NCBI RefSeq assembly: GCF_006345805.1
Contig: NC_043008.1
Span: 56,792,001-56,856,000, forward strand
Direction of reading: 5' to 3'
DNA from: Octopus sinensis
Taxonomy: Eukaryota
Length of the DNA: 64,000 nt
Numbering within the stretch: position 1 is the stretch's first letter; every line of letters begins with the position of its first letter. This document shows, piece after piece, positions 42,831-56,322 of the stretch. A program made the translations under genes and the position numbers. The notes under the pieces are model-generated. The model was given only the letters and a program-made list of their open reading frames with translations. It had not been told where the DNA came from and made no database searches.

Positions 42831-44144
42831 GTAGATTACAGGGTGACACTGCTAAGCACTGATGTATATAGATACAAACGTTAACAGCATATATAATACT
42901 GGAGTGATCTTCGAACCAGTTGAGAAAGCCAAAATCAGTGAGTTTCAATCACGGGGAGCGACCAGGAATATAGATATTGCTATTGTTAAGGACCAATACA
43001 GAGCGCGTTATGAAGATTATAGCAACTTGAATCAGGTCATACAGATTGTATGATGTAATCGATGAATGTAGATACAAATCATCTGCGCGTATCTACTTTC
43101 ATTGCGATAGCAATGGGAAATCATTAGATAAATAAAGCTTACATACACAAGAGATAGATTGGTAGTATTCGATTTAGGAAGATCAAAACGAATATCATGG
43201 AAATTATGATGCCACCAAATCAAATGAAAACGGGAAAAATGTTGCCAATGGATTCTAAAAGCATTATGAAGTTCACCACGAATCCATGCATTTTCATATT
43301 TTGAAATTGTCACTCTACTTCGTCTAAACCATTATTTTCATATAAGAGATCGCTTCAAATTTATAAACATGCGTAACACGCCATTATTAACGGGAAGATG
43401 TTGGAACATATCAGAATATATAACCAGATAATGCAACGTGGGATAAGTTACATGACAAATTAAGACTTTGTTATGAAAGTAAAAATCAATATTTTCTGAC
43501 ATAACTGAAATATATGGAATCTCAGAAAGAAATCAAGAAAATTATCTGTAACGTTACGACTATTATTTCATTTGATAACTTGGGTGGACATTACACCTTT
43601 ACTTTATTCTATATTCAGCTCCATTAGCACATTAGTTTACGCGTTGGTTTTAGCATTCGCTTCATCCTAATTCCTTTACTAATGATTCCTTACAAGTGAT
43701 GCAACTGCGTAGATGTTACTATATTTTTCATTCTCTTGTTTGAAAATATTAGGATCTTGTTATTTTATAGAGGATACACGAAATATTCGAACTTTATAGA
43801 ATTCTTAACCGTTATTTTCTCATGATATTCTTATACACTTTTATGAACACACATATTCATTTACAGATGCCGTATTATTTTGTAACATTTAGAGTAAAAT
43901 GACTTGAATAAAAAATCTAATTCTTAGTGAGAATTTCAAGAAAAGACTTTGAAAAATATCTTAACAATGCCGTTGGGTAGGGTTATATGAATGTGTTCAA
44001 CGAACACGGCAACCTGTAGTAATATTTATAATGGAAAAACATACAGAATCGACAATTTAGTCAAGTGACTTCTATTATAATCCCAAAATTGTCAATGCTT
44101 TGTGAGTTACTTTGGTAAAGGAAACTGTGTAGAAGCTCATCGTA

Positions 44145-45172
44145 TAACTTAGCTCTTCGCCAAACGTGTTCGATAAAATAACTTAGAGGTTTGCCAAACG
44201 TGATCGATAAAATAATCTCGCGGTTCGCAAAAAGAGATCGATAAACTATCTTAGCGGTTCACCAAACGTGATCGATGAAGTAACTTAGTGGTTCGTCAAT
44301 CGAATCGATAAAATAACTTAGATGTTCGCCAATCATGATCGATAAAGTAACTTAGCAGTTCGTAAATCGTGATCGATAAAATAACATTAGCGGTTCGGCA
44401 AAGGTGTTCAATATAATAATATAGCGGTTCGCTTAATGTGATCGTTAAAATAACTTAGCTATTCGCAAAAGGAGATCGGTAAAATAACTTAGAGGCTCGC
44501 CAAAGAAGATCGATAAAATAACTAGAAATTCGCCAAAGGAAACCAATAAAATAACTTAGTGGTTCGCCAAACGTGATCGATAAAATAATCTCGCGGTTCG
44601 CAAAAAGAGATCGATAAACTATCTTAGCGGTTCACCAAACGTGATCGATGAAGTAACTTAGTGGTTCGTCAATCGAATCGATAAAATAACTTAGATGTTC
44701 GCCAATCATGATCGATAAAGTAACTTAGCAGTTCGTAAATCGTGATCGATAAAATAACATTAGCGGTTCGGCAAAGGTGTTCAATATAATAATATAGCGG
44801 TTCGCTTAATGTGATCGTTAAAATAACTTAGCTATTCGCAAAAGGAGATCGGTAAAATAACTTAGAGGCTCGCCAAAGAAGATCGATAAAATAACTAGAA
44901 ATTCGCCAAAGGAAACCAATAAAATAACTTAGTGGTTCGCCAAACGTGATCGATAAAATAACCTATCGGTTCGCGTAGGGAGAACGGTAAAATAACTTAG
45001 AGGTTCGCCAAAGAAGATCGATAAAATAACTAGCGATTCGCCAAAGGAAATCGATAAGATAACTTAGCGGTTTGCCAAACGTGATGGATAAAATGACTTA
45101 GCAGTTCGCCAAACGAGATCGATAAAATAACTTAGAGGTTCGCCATAGGTGATCGATAAATTAACTTAGCGT
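44145..45172 (+). repeat. Minisatellite of about 30 x 34-bp SINE-B-derived monomers, with an exact 373-bp (11-monomer) higher-order duplication
   Basis: The monomer is about aacttagcggttcgccaaacgtgatcgataaaat. tctcgcggttcgc recurs at 44216 and 44589, and the intervening blocks are identical by eye. Confidence 0.9.
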
Positions 45173-45489
45173 TATGGAAATACACACACATATATATATA
45201 TTGCATGATATGCATATTGTAATATTCATATATTGTATTATATAACTTTTGTTATATATGTATAATGAAATTGTCCCTTCCAGCATCGTCATTTTCCGAT
45301 CATCTGGAAATGAAGCAGGCTTGGTTATGTACCTAAATGTAGGAAAGATTCATTTGAATGACATGCTAGGTTAATGCATAATAGCCATTCTTCCATAAAT
45401 CATTCTATAGTAACTAATTTCCTGGGAGGTCTGTGTACCTCGAAACACACCTCACTCTTGGTACCAAAGTCCATCCTACATTGCTCGGG

Positions 45490-45718
45490 CTGTATACTCT
45501 TACTTACTCTTACTCTTACTCTTACTTGTTTCAATCATTTGACTGCGGCCATGCTGGAGCACCGCCTTTAGTCGGGCAAATCGACCCCGGGACTTATTCT
45601 TTGTAAGCCCAATACTTATTCTATCGGTCTCTTTTGCCGAACCGCTAAGTGACGGGGACGTAAACACACCAGCATCAGTTGTCAAGCAATGCTAGGGGGA
45701 CAAACACAGACACACACC

Positions 45719-45755
<37 letters not shown>

Positions 45756-45928
45756 ACATATATACGACAGGCTTCTTTCAGTTTCAGTCTACCAAATTCA
45801 CCCCCAAGGCATTGGTCGGCCCGGGGCTATAGCAGAAGACACTTGCCCAAGATGCCACGCAGTGGGACTGAACCCGGAACCATGTGGTTGGTTAGCAAGC
45901 TACTTACCACACAGCCACTCCTGCGCCT
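45490..45928 (-). mobile_element. SINE family B, full length with (GAGTAA)n tail
   Basis: Head aggcgcaggagtggctgtgtggtaag (A box), ggttcagtccc (B box), an internal microsatellite, and the tail aagtaagagtaagagtaagag. Confidence 0.9.
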
Positions 45929-46134
45929 ATATTGCGTTAATTTTTAATTAAAATTTCGATGCTGCTTCTATCGTTTTATTCCCGAATTAATGACGTTTCC
46001 CCTCCTTAAGAGCGTAGTTTTAATTAGCAGTTTATATTTCACTACATGAAGTTGGACAATCAACATTTCATTTTCAAAGAGATCATATCACTCAGTGTTT
46101 CCTCTGAAGAATATAATTGTTTCACCATTTGGCA

Positions 46135-46332
46135 GAAGGCCAACAATTTAAGGGGGGGAAGGCATAAGTTGATTATATCGACCCTAGTGATTAATTGGTA
46201 CTTATTCTATCGATCCCGATATGGTTAACGACAAAGTGAACATCGGCGAAAATTGAACACAAAACGTAAAGACGGCCGAAATGCTGCTAAGAATTTTGCC
46301 CAGCGCGAAACGATTCTGCTATCCCGCCGTCT
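46135..46332 (-). mobile_element. Older SINE family A copy, head-to-head with the next element
   Basis: Degenerate but collinear with the consensus. Confidence 0.75.
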
Positions 46333-46362
46333 GATCTGAAGCTTATGATATATAGAATGCTG

Positions 46363-46757
46363 AAGGCGGCGAGCTGGCAGAAACGTTAGCACGCCGGGCG
46401 AAATGCGTAGCCGTATTTCGTCTGCCGTTACGTTCTGAGTTTAAATTCCGCCGAGGTCGACTTTGCCTTTCATCCTTTCCAGGTCAATAAATAAAGTACC
46501 AGTTTCGCACTGGGGTCGATGTAACCGACTTTATCCCTTTGTCTGTCCTTGTTTTTCGTCTCTGTATTTAGCCCCTTGTGGGTAGTAAAGAAATAGAAAT
46601 AGGTATTTCGTGTTTTTACGTTCCGAGTTCAAATTCCACCGAAGTCGATTTTCCCTTCTATCGTTTCGGGGTCGATAAATTAAGTACCAGTTGCGTACTG
46701 GGGTCGATCTAATCGACTGGCCCCCTCCCAAAAATTGTGCCTAGAGTAGAAAAGAAG
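46363..46757 (+). mobile_element. SINE family A dimer (head+long body / headless short body)
   Basis: Starts aaggcggcgagctggcagaaacg. Junction aaagaaatagaaataggtatttcg. Confidence 0.9.
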
Positions 46758-47213
46758 ATATAGAAAATTGTTTAGATTGCCGTGTGACCAGCTAGTGCTC
46801 TGGAAGGAACTATCCGGATGATATTACGCCAATTTTATCAGTATCATATTATTCAGTGTCATTAGATTTTGCTAGAAGGAGAGCACTTGATGATATGTAT
46901 TTAGAGTGAGAAACCTCATAAAAGTTATGGGGTAGGAGCTGTAACCAGTGATATTTATAAATGCAATGTTATTAACGTACTATTGGCATATTCGAACGGG
47001 TAATAACATTGCATCATAAAAGTATTTGTAGAGAAAGTGACTCATGTGTTAATGCTGGAATGGGTTTCTCTTGAAAATCAAGTTTGGCATGCCGTTGTGA
47101 AGAACAACTAGAAGAAATGAGATAATCGTATATAATTGCACACATAAAACTCACTAAGGCCGGTTAGAAAAGATAACTGCTCTCTTTCAAACACCGGATG
47201 GTGTATTATATAT

Positions 47214-47618
47214 ATTTATTTACTACCCACAAGGGGCTAAACACAGAGAGGACAAACAAGGACAGACAAACGGATTAAGTCGATTACATCGACCCCAGTA
47301 CGTAACTGGTACATAATTTATCGACCCCGAAAGGATGAAAGGCAAAGTCGACCTCGGCAGAATTTGAACTCAGGATGTAACGGCAGATTTCTTTACTACC
47401 CACAAGGGGCTAAACGCAGAGGGAACAAACAAGGACAGACAAACGGATTAAGTCGATTAAATCGACCCCAGTGCGTAACTGGTACTTAATTTATAGACCC
47501 CGAAAGGATGAAAGGCAAAGTCGACCTCGGCGGAATTTGAACCCAGAACGTAACGGCAGACGAAATACGGCTATGCATTCCGCTCGGCGTGCTAACGTTT
47601 CTGCCAGCTCGCCGCCTT
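47214..47618 (-). mobile_element. SINE family A dimer flanked by a 17-bp TSD
   Basis: gatggtgtattatatat at 47197-47213 and 47619-47635. Confidence 0.9.
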
Positions 47619-48059
47619 GATGGTGTATTATATATTTCTGGTTGTGGATTTAAGTTTAACATTTGACACCTTGGTTAGTGGCTTGGGTGATGAACTCACG
47701 ATCATAAGCCCGTATTTTTTGATACCTGGACCGGGCAACGTATCCTTTCTTTGGCAAATTACATGATTTCATTTTACTAAAATTTATTCAATAGTAAAAA
47801 AAGTACCAGCCTAGAGTAGATGCAGTGAATCATAACTCCTTGCCTCTGTTTTATCTCGATGTTTCGCTCGATCAATGGTGGATACCAATACCTGTCTCTG
47901 CTCGTGACTACATAATCAAGAAAGGGTGGCACAAGCTAACAGGTCATACACAGTTGCAGGTGTTTATGGGAAAAGTCGTCCTATAAGACTGCATCATATG
48001 TATGCAAGAAGTTTCCCTACAAGACTTCCTAAGTCTTGATCATCAAAAAGTCTTCATAT

Positions 48060-50390
48060 AACACTTTTTTCTGATACTGCTGTTTTGGTGTAAGCCACAC
48101 AAGCAATTGACCGAAAATCGAGATGTGATCCCCATCTCCGTTTTTCTAATCTTCGTCCGACCTCTTACTACACCGCACTTTTGGAGAGCATGTTTGGTGT
48201 AAGTCTGCCACTATAGCGGCTTTCTAACTCCTTGATTTCTTGGTGAAATCGGTCACCATGCTCATCACTTACATCACCCATATTGGATAGAAATAAGTCA
48301 AGATGAAAGTGGAGAATATGAATTTTTGCAGACATCCTTGCCCCAAGTTGCTTATAACCTTTCAAAAAGTCATTCATAATTGCAGCATAGTTGATTTTTA
48401 TTTTATTTCTCCAAAAATGTTTTACAAGTGAAACAAACTTTCCTCAAGCAGTTTTCTCTACTGGGCTTAATTTTTCTTGAAAACGCTCCTCACAAATTAG
48501 TGTGCGAATTTCTGGTCCATTAAAACACCAGCTTTGATCTTAGCTTCACTCTTGCTAGAAACAAATTTTTCAATGAGATATTTGAAGCCGTCACCGTTTG
48601 CCTTCATGGCCTTAACAAAATTCTTAAACGAATAAAGTAATGAGTAAGGGAGAAGGATAAATTTTGTGAGGGTCAACTAAAGGGATATATTTAACGTAGT
48701 ATCTCCTTGGAGTGAAATCACTTCTCTTTTGGCCACTCGTTTTGATCATTGTGATGCTTGTCATCTCTGCTGTTCCAAAGCTCAAAAATCGCTGATGATT
48801 TGTATACCTCGTTTGTAATCCAAGAAGCAAACCAATAACTTTCAAGTCCCTGCATATATTCCACTTGTGTTCAGAATATTTAATCAAGTGCAAAATTTTA
48901 TCCATTGATTCATAAGTTTCCTTTAATCCTACAGCATGTGCTAGTGGTATTGATATTTTTTGATTGTCCTTATGCAGCAAAACGGATTTTCAGGCTTGCT
49001 TTGCTGGAATCTATGAAGAGCCTCCATTCTTCAGGATTATAGCCGTACCCCATCTCACGTAGGAGTCCTTCAACATCACAACAAAAACAAAATACCGTCT
49101 TTCTCCGTAAAAAATTCATGCAATTCTGTATGCCGTTTTCGAATATACGAGCATTTTACATCATCGTATAAAAGGTTCCATTGTTTCAACCTGGAACACA
49201 GTAGTTCAGACATTTCTTTTGTTAAACTTAAGTCTCTAACTAAATCATTTAACTCTAGTTGAATTAATTAATGAGGAACATTTTTTGAAGATCCTGGTTC
49301 ATCACAGTGATCTGCTCTATCATTCGGCATACCTTCAATTGAAGTAGATGCAGTACTTTCTTCACTTAAAATATCTTTGTCAAAAGATGAAGGAGGTTCT
49401 GGAATTGGAATATTTTCAGCATGATCAACTGGTTTTAAAGCTGAAGGGCAATCTGGGTAAACAATCTTGGATTTGTTCTTAGAGAAGCATGTTATGTTAC
49501 TTAAGCAGAAATGGCAATCGGTATAGTGGTTTGTTGGTGTGCGCCATATCATTGGTACTGCAAATGGCATACTTTTCCGTTTATCTTTCCGTCATTGGGT
49601 TAGTGCCATGTAGCAGTTTTTACAACAAACATGAGGTGACTACAGTTTATCTTTGCCCCCAAGATTGCACCCAAATAAAGTTTGTAGTTATTTTAAAATT
49701 TCTTTGTAAACCTATTTCTCAGAGCTTTCCACACACGTAACAAAAGCTGTTCTGGTGATTAACACAAACTTTTCTGTACATCACGAATACATACAGTAAT
49801 AACCTAAATCAACACTCAAGAAAGCCTATCAGCAAAGTAAAACATAAGATTAATCAACTGTAAATGTATATTTCTCAAAGAAAAATAATACAAATTATTA
49901 TAGAATAAACTGAAGCTATGGCCATCACGAAACAGTTTTTTCCGTCTCTAAATTTCAGACATTGATCACTTTAATAAATAATTAAACTTACTACAAAACT
50001 ACTTTTCATATAACCTGGCTCTCTTCTTTGATGTACATCGTTTTAACAGCACTAGCTGTAATCAAGAAAAGGGGAGCCTGAGTGGCTTACTATAATATCA
50101 ATAGCCTACTGTAAGGAGAACTTTACTATAATTACAGCAATAACAAAGTAAAATAAATCCACATCTTTTGAGGCAAGTTAACAGGTAGTCTACATTTCCT
50201 TCTATCAGCACTTATCTTCGTTCTAGTGATAAGTATATGAATGAAAATCGAAAGCAAATAGCATGCTAATTTCTCAATATTATCAATTCGTTGGAAAATC
50301 TGATGCGAGTAACTAAAAAAACAACACGAGCTGTCAGAAAACTGATGTCAGATCTGAGTTCAGCACCCTAAAATTACCCTAAATCAAGTG
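48060..50390 (-). mobile_element. Decayed Chapaev3-like (CMC superfamily) DNA transposon
   Basis: MYRKVCVNHQNSFCYVCG..., MPFAVPMIWRTPTNHYTDCHFC, IPLAHAVGLKETYESM...WNICRDLKVIGLLLGLQ, RMSAKIHILHFHLD...VSDEHGDRFHQEIKELESRY. The terminus reads CACTTGATTTAGGG from 50390. The family assignment is from recalled motifs; the low-coordinate boundary is uncertain. Confidence 0.7.
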
Positions 50391-50579
50391 AAAAAGCTTT
50401 CGAAAAAATTTTGTTTTGTGCCCCAGTGTAATCTGCGTGAGGTGTATCTGACTAGTTTATATAGATCTATGAATACATCTACGAATGCTTCTATTTATAT
50501 AACTTCTATCGCTCCATCAATTTGCCACCGTGCCCACCTATCTGTTTGTTTCTCTTTCTCCTTCTTTCTCCCCCCTCTA

Positions 50580-50639
<60 letters not shown>

Positions 50640-50702
50640 AATATAAATATATATGTGTATGTATATAATATATATATATACATGTGTGTGTGTGTGTGTG
50701 TA

Positions 50703-50756
<54 letters not shown>

Positions 50757-50952
50757 TATATATATATATAAATATATGTGTGTAGAGAGAGAATCTAATG
50801 ATGTAGGTAAAAGGAAAAGAAAAATATGTGGTGTCGGAGGTAAAGTTGAAGTGAAACATTGGACCATAGATATTCATATTGATCTAAACAGAATTTATAT
50901 CATGTCATGCACGAAATAATTTAAGATGTCTAGAATAATAATAATGATAATA

Positions 50953-50990
<38 letters not shown>

Positions 50991-51270
50991 ATTTCGTTGG
51001 CGCTGTTTTGTCGGCAATCAATTTCTGCTTTGATTTCATTCCTCAGATCGGTTTCCGTGAATCGCATCATTAGTTGACATATTCATGTCTTCCATTTTAC
51101 AGTTATTCTCACTCTATTCAAAGATCAAATTATTTTGAGAATATATAACACAACCAACAACGTGTAACATGAAATTATTTCCGAAATCTAATTAAATAAC
51201 ATTACGCTTAAGTATATACAGACACAAGCACACGCACACACGTTATACATATATAAATACATACCTACTT

Positions 51271-51350
<80 letters not shown>

Positions 51351-51425
51351 ATATATGTGTATGTATGTATATATAAGTATGTATGTATGTATGTATAAAT
51401 ATATATATATATATATACTATATAT

Positions 51426-51476
<51 letters not shown>

Positions 51477-51504
51477 TATATATATATCTATATATATATA
51501 TATA

Positions 51505-52510
51505 CAGCGTTTGGACGAGATAATGGAAAACCTAGCATCATAGCATCATAATTTTGAAATATCTATATAACCGTCAAAGTTTTTTTATTCTTATGTTTTT
51601 TGATTTATTACTAGTGTTGCTTAATATGTTTTGCTAAAATTGCTGTTTCTTTTCAGATATCATCAGAAGAAGGTAATTAAAGTTTTTTTAAATGGCAGAG
51701 CTATCGGACTTTCAAAGAAGTCAAATAGTTGGTGCTCTTATGGCAGGCGCTAGCGTAACGAAAACAGACGAAATGTTTGGTGTATCAAGTGGTACTGTCT
51801 CGAAAGTAATGGCAGCCTTTGAGAAAGAGAGAAAAGCCTCCTCGCCGAAACAAAACTCCGGTAAACCCAAACTTACAGATTGGAGTAAAAACCTACAGAA
51901 TTGGCATCTAGAGCAGTGGAAGAATGTTATTTTCTCAGACATGTCATCCTTTACCTTATTTCCGACCAGCCAAAAGAAACATTTGACTCAAACTGACTTC
52001 TTCAAACTGTCAAACATGTGATGATCTGTGATGATATTGGGGGCTATATGATAGAAATCCGTCGGCCCAATGGTTTCCATTCATGGGAGAATTAATAGTC
52101 AAGACTATTCAAGCAAATTCTCTGATCAAATTCATACTATGTTTGAGGAAGATTGCGGATAATGAACCAATTCACATAGCTAAAGTTGTTACTGAATGGC
52201 ACGAGGAACATTCTAGTGCAGTTGAACATCTTATCTGGTCATCACAGTCTCTCAATATTCTTGGACATTTATGCTGCATTTTAGAAAAGACAAGAAATGA
52301 GTCAATATCCCGCAGCATCATCACTAAAAGAACTGGAGATTGTTTTAGCTTTAGAATGGGCAAAATTTCCTTTAGAAACAATTCAAATTTTGTACTAGTC
52401 CATACCTCCTAGAATTCAAGGTGTAATTACTGCCAAAGTCGGTCCTAGCCCATATTGAAATAAATTTGTTTGAAATTTTAAGGTGTCTCCATTATTTTGT
52501 CCAACCCCTG
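51505..52510 (+). mobile_element. Internally deleted Tc1-like (DD34E-type) element with both TIRs, inserted in (TA)n
   Basis: Left end TA-cagcgtttggacgagataatggaaaacct; right end aggtgtctccattattttgtccaacccctg-TA. ORF 51692-52021 MAELSDFQRSQIVGA...QWKNVIFSD.SSF lacks most of the second HTH. Confidence 0.85.
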
Positions 52511-52967
52511 TATATATATATATATATATATATATATGTAAGATCCCAATATATATATACTGTGTATAAGTTCTGTACTAGGAAACACCAAGTTTAAATA
52601 CTGCTGGATCTCACTCATGAGGTACTGGAATCTTACATTATGTATAAACTATACATTTGGAAGGACTCATTTTAAATTCTGTTGGATTTTATTCATAAGG
52701 TATTGGGATCTTACATATATACCACACTGCCTAAAAAATGGATCTACAACTTCAATATCCCTACATATCTCACATCTATTTTCTTTCCTCCACCTCACTC
52801 TCTATTTTGTATCCTATCTAAACTAACTATTACTTAACCATCTTCTCACACCATCTCTGATAAAGAGATATAATTAATAAATATCCTGGAAAGAGATGTA
52901 AGACATTCTATCTATAAATGTTTTAATATCCACACAGCCTTGGTTTTTATCTCATTACGTAAAAAAG

Positions 52968-53023
<56 letters not shown>

Positions 53024-53084
53024 TTGAGTGTGTGCGTGTGTGTATGTGAATATTTTCCCCAAATTTAATTGTTTTCCATGCTTA

Positions 53085-53120
53085 CAGTTGAAGAAGTCTC
53101 AATGACTGAAACCGGTACTG
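53085..53120 (+). ncRNA. Near-canonical minimal type I hammerhead motif (C3U variant)
   Basis: cag-TTGAAGA-AGTC tcaat GACT-GAAA-ccgg-TA-ctg. Stem I has 3 bp, stem II has 4 bp, and helix III is the palindrome ACCGGT. Confidence 0.5.
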
Positions 53121-54347
53121 AAATGTTTTTGAAATAATTATTTTAGAATTTTCTACGTATTCATTTGAAATTAGGGAAACATTTCTTGGTGAAGTAGTTA
53201 TGGATCTATTTACAAGACTTATTTATGTTCATGAACGCTGTTTCTAAATTATTTTGGAGGTCACGTTTGCTGTCATGTCTAAAATTGAGCTACCATTTAA
53301 TTGTATTTGATATCCGGTTTAGTAGTAAATAATACTACAAGTATTTTATGATATTTAGTCAAATAGTAATTTTCTTAATTTCTCCTTATTTTCTGGGATA
53401 CACTAAACTGACAGTGCCCTTCCATGACCGCAGCACGAAGTTTGAGAAAGTTAACAATGTATCCAGTTTTCCTTAATTTGATCCAATAACATTTCGAATT
53501 TTTTTCCTACGCCATTATAGGCATTTGTATAAAAACTTCTTCACTACTGTATCAGATAATAAAATACCTTCACTTTTAATCAATAGAATAGTAGATATGA
53601 TACACATATAAGTTTTCACGTATGTATTTAAACTAAGTGGAAACAGCCGACACGTAATGGATTCGTTATTTCTCATATACCATTATGCAATACGTATCTC
53701 CAGAACGCTGGCAGCGTAATTGTTTTCAATTATAGTAACATTAACAATATTTTAAATAAATATCATAGTACCATATAATTTCCATTTCTTGATTTATTAT
53801 ACTCAATTCTTTACACACGCAAGTTCGTGTAGAATTCAATGAACAAATGCAGCGCGTGATTTGTTGAAAAAAAATCATGCGTTTTCGTTGGAGTTATTTC
53901 CATTACAGATTCTCTCTTCTATGCCCCATAGAGAGATGGGGGCAAGGATATAGCAGTTATTGCACTTGTAATAATGCCAAAGTAAGACCGTATGTCAAGC
54001 GAGCCTGTGTTAACTTCAATAACTAGGGTAACGTCCAATTACGTGACTGTATTAAGCAAGTGTGTCGTAATTGATTTTACAATGTGTCGATTGTTTCTGC
54101 GTAGCATCAGTGTTTATGTCATGGAATGTATAAACAATAAAATTTTATACGACACCTTATGCAGCTCTGCTGAGAGATGCATCGGGTATTCGTATATTTC
54201 AATGAACGTCTCTCTGCTAGAAGGATGATCGTGTTCAGAATAAATTACTTATTTATTCCAAGATGTACTGTAATTGTATTTTGAGTCTTTATTCCCTTTC
54301 GTTCAAGCATCATTAGACAAACAAATCACAGGCACATAAACGCACTT

Positions 54348-54417
<70 letters not shown>

Positions 54418-55399
54418 GTGTGTGGTTGCATGTGTGTGCGTTTAAGTCCATGCATGCATGCAAGTATATATGTATGTATTCATGTATATATGTATGTATG
54501 CATGTATATATGTATGCATGTATGTATGAACGTATGTATGGATGTATGCATGTATGCATGCCTGCATACATGTGTGTATGTATGCTTGCATGTATACGTA
54601 CGTATGTATGTATTAGAAAAGTCATATAAAGCTTTATTACCGCACTGACTCATTATTGCCCATCTCTTTTAACAATATATTCCAAGAAAATTTTCCTGTA
54701 ACTTTTCAGTGGGTTTAGATTAACAACTGATTCTGATTTCCCAACAGATGCCCTTTTTTGGTTTCGATATCATGCTTCACGCTGGAGAAAGGACCATAAA
54801 AGTGTAAATTCTAATGAGATACGAGATGATATTTCGGACGTCTTCAGAAAATGACACCCAACAAAACAATTCGGCGAAGAAAGTAATGATGAATAGGTTG
54901 TACAAAAAGAATAGTGACTACAGCTAACCGAAAGACTTGAACAGAACCTTGAATAACTTATGTGATTGTGCAGCTATCACTCCCTATAATGGATGACCAT
55001 ATCTAAAATTTATATGAAATACAAATCGGAAGAAATGAATATCATGTAAAAACTGAAAAATTCTGCTGATATAGTAAAAAAAGTGCTTTGCAATATATAG
55101 TAATATACAGTAAATTGTTGTGTCTCATCGACATTGTGATGTCCTTCTTTGAACTCAATCTATATGCCACTTTATAATGTGGACTTGTGACAAGCTTATA
55201 AAATACAAATATAAATCAGAAACAAACGGAACAAACAATATCTGTTCTCAACGATTTCTACGATTGTCTTCACAAACACCTGCACACACCACACTGTCCT
55301 TCACTGACAGTGCGTATCTGCCTTTGTGCGATTTAGGACAGTATACTTGCTATCCCACAGAAGCGTCAGGATTTCAGCACAACATAAATTTATATCAAA

Positions 55400-55800
55400 T
55401 ACTTATCGAGAGGAATAAAAATCATCTAAGAAATGAAATATTTTACTGATACAGTAATACAAAAATTTTGCATACTCATAAAAAAGATTTGCGGTCATTA
55501 GAGATTTTGAATGTTACAAATCATCTCGTTAAATTTATTACAAGATATTACCTATAATGAAAAGGTTAACAATAATAGTGAACAAAAGTAGTGAAGACAA
55601 TTATCATCTATATTCACCAACTATCACTGAAGTCAGAAATTGAAACCTTCAAAATAATCATATTAAGTTTGTTAACATCATGTACAGACAGTTTAGTGGA
55701 ATCACAATGGGAACAAAGTCGCTTCAAATTACGCTACTTAAGTCATTGCATACGTAAGAGCTCTGACATATGAACAAGCTAGATTACGGTAAGACATTTT
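55400..55800 (+). mobile_element. Penelope-like retroelement RT fragment
   Basis: 55647-55715 encodes LQNNHIKFVNIMYRQFSGITMGT, the typical PLE RT NN.F.F....Y.Q..G.AMG block. Confidence 0.6.
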
Positions 55801-56174
55801 CAATAAATATTTCTTTCATAGTATAAGTGATAACACAAAAGTGTTTTGATTATGCAAGATACGCTTTCTCTAAATTTTAATACAGAACTCTAATTCTTAA
55901 TGTAGTCTTCTCCATCGCTTACTTCAGACATTATACTGTAACCATAGACCACAATATTGTTGGAATAGTCGACAAATCGACCCCAGTACATGCTTTGGCA
56001 CACTACTTATTCTATCGAACGTCATGTTTAATCACTAAGTTACGGGTTCGTAAACAACCCGTTGTGGATAAACGGACAAATGGAGTCCATAAGCATTCGC
56101 AAATATACATACATACACATATATATGGAAATATGTGTGTGGTGTGTATACGTATGTTTGCGTGTGTGTATAAG

Positions 56175-56248
<74 letters not shown>

Positions 56249-56283
56249 ATAAATATATATATATATATATATAAACTATATAT

Positions 56284-56322
<39 letters not shown>

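Noticed and set aside
44145-45172. CRISPR-like regular array
   Set aside because: The monomers are contiguous diverged copies with no unique spacers, derive from a SINE, and sit in eukaryotic DNA with no cas genes.
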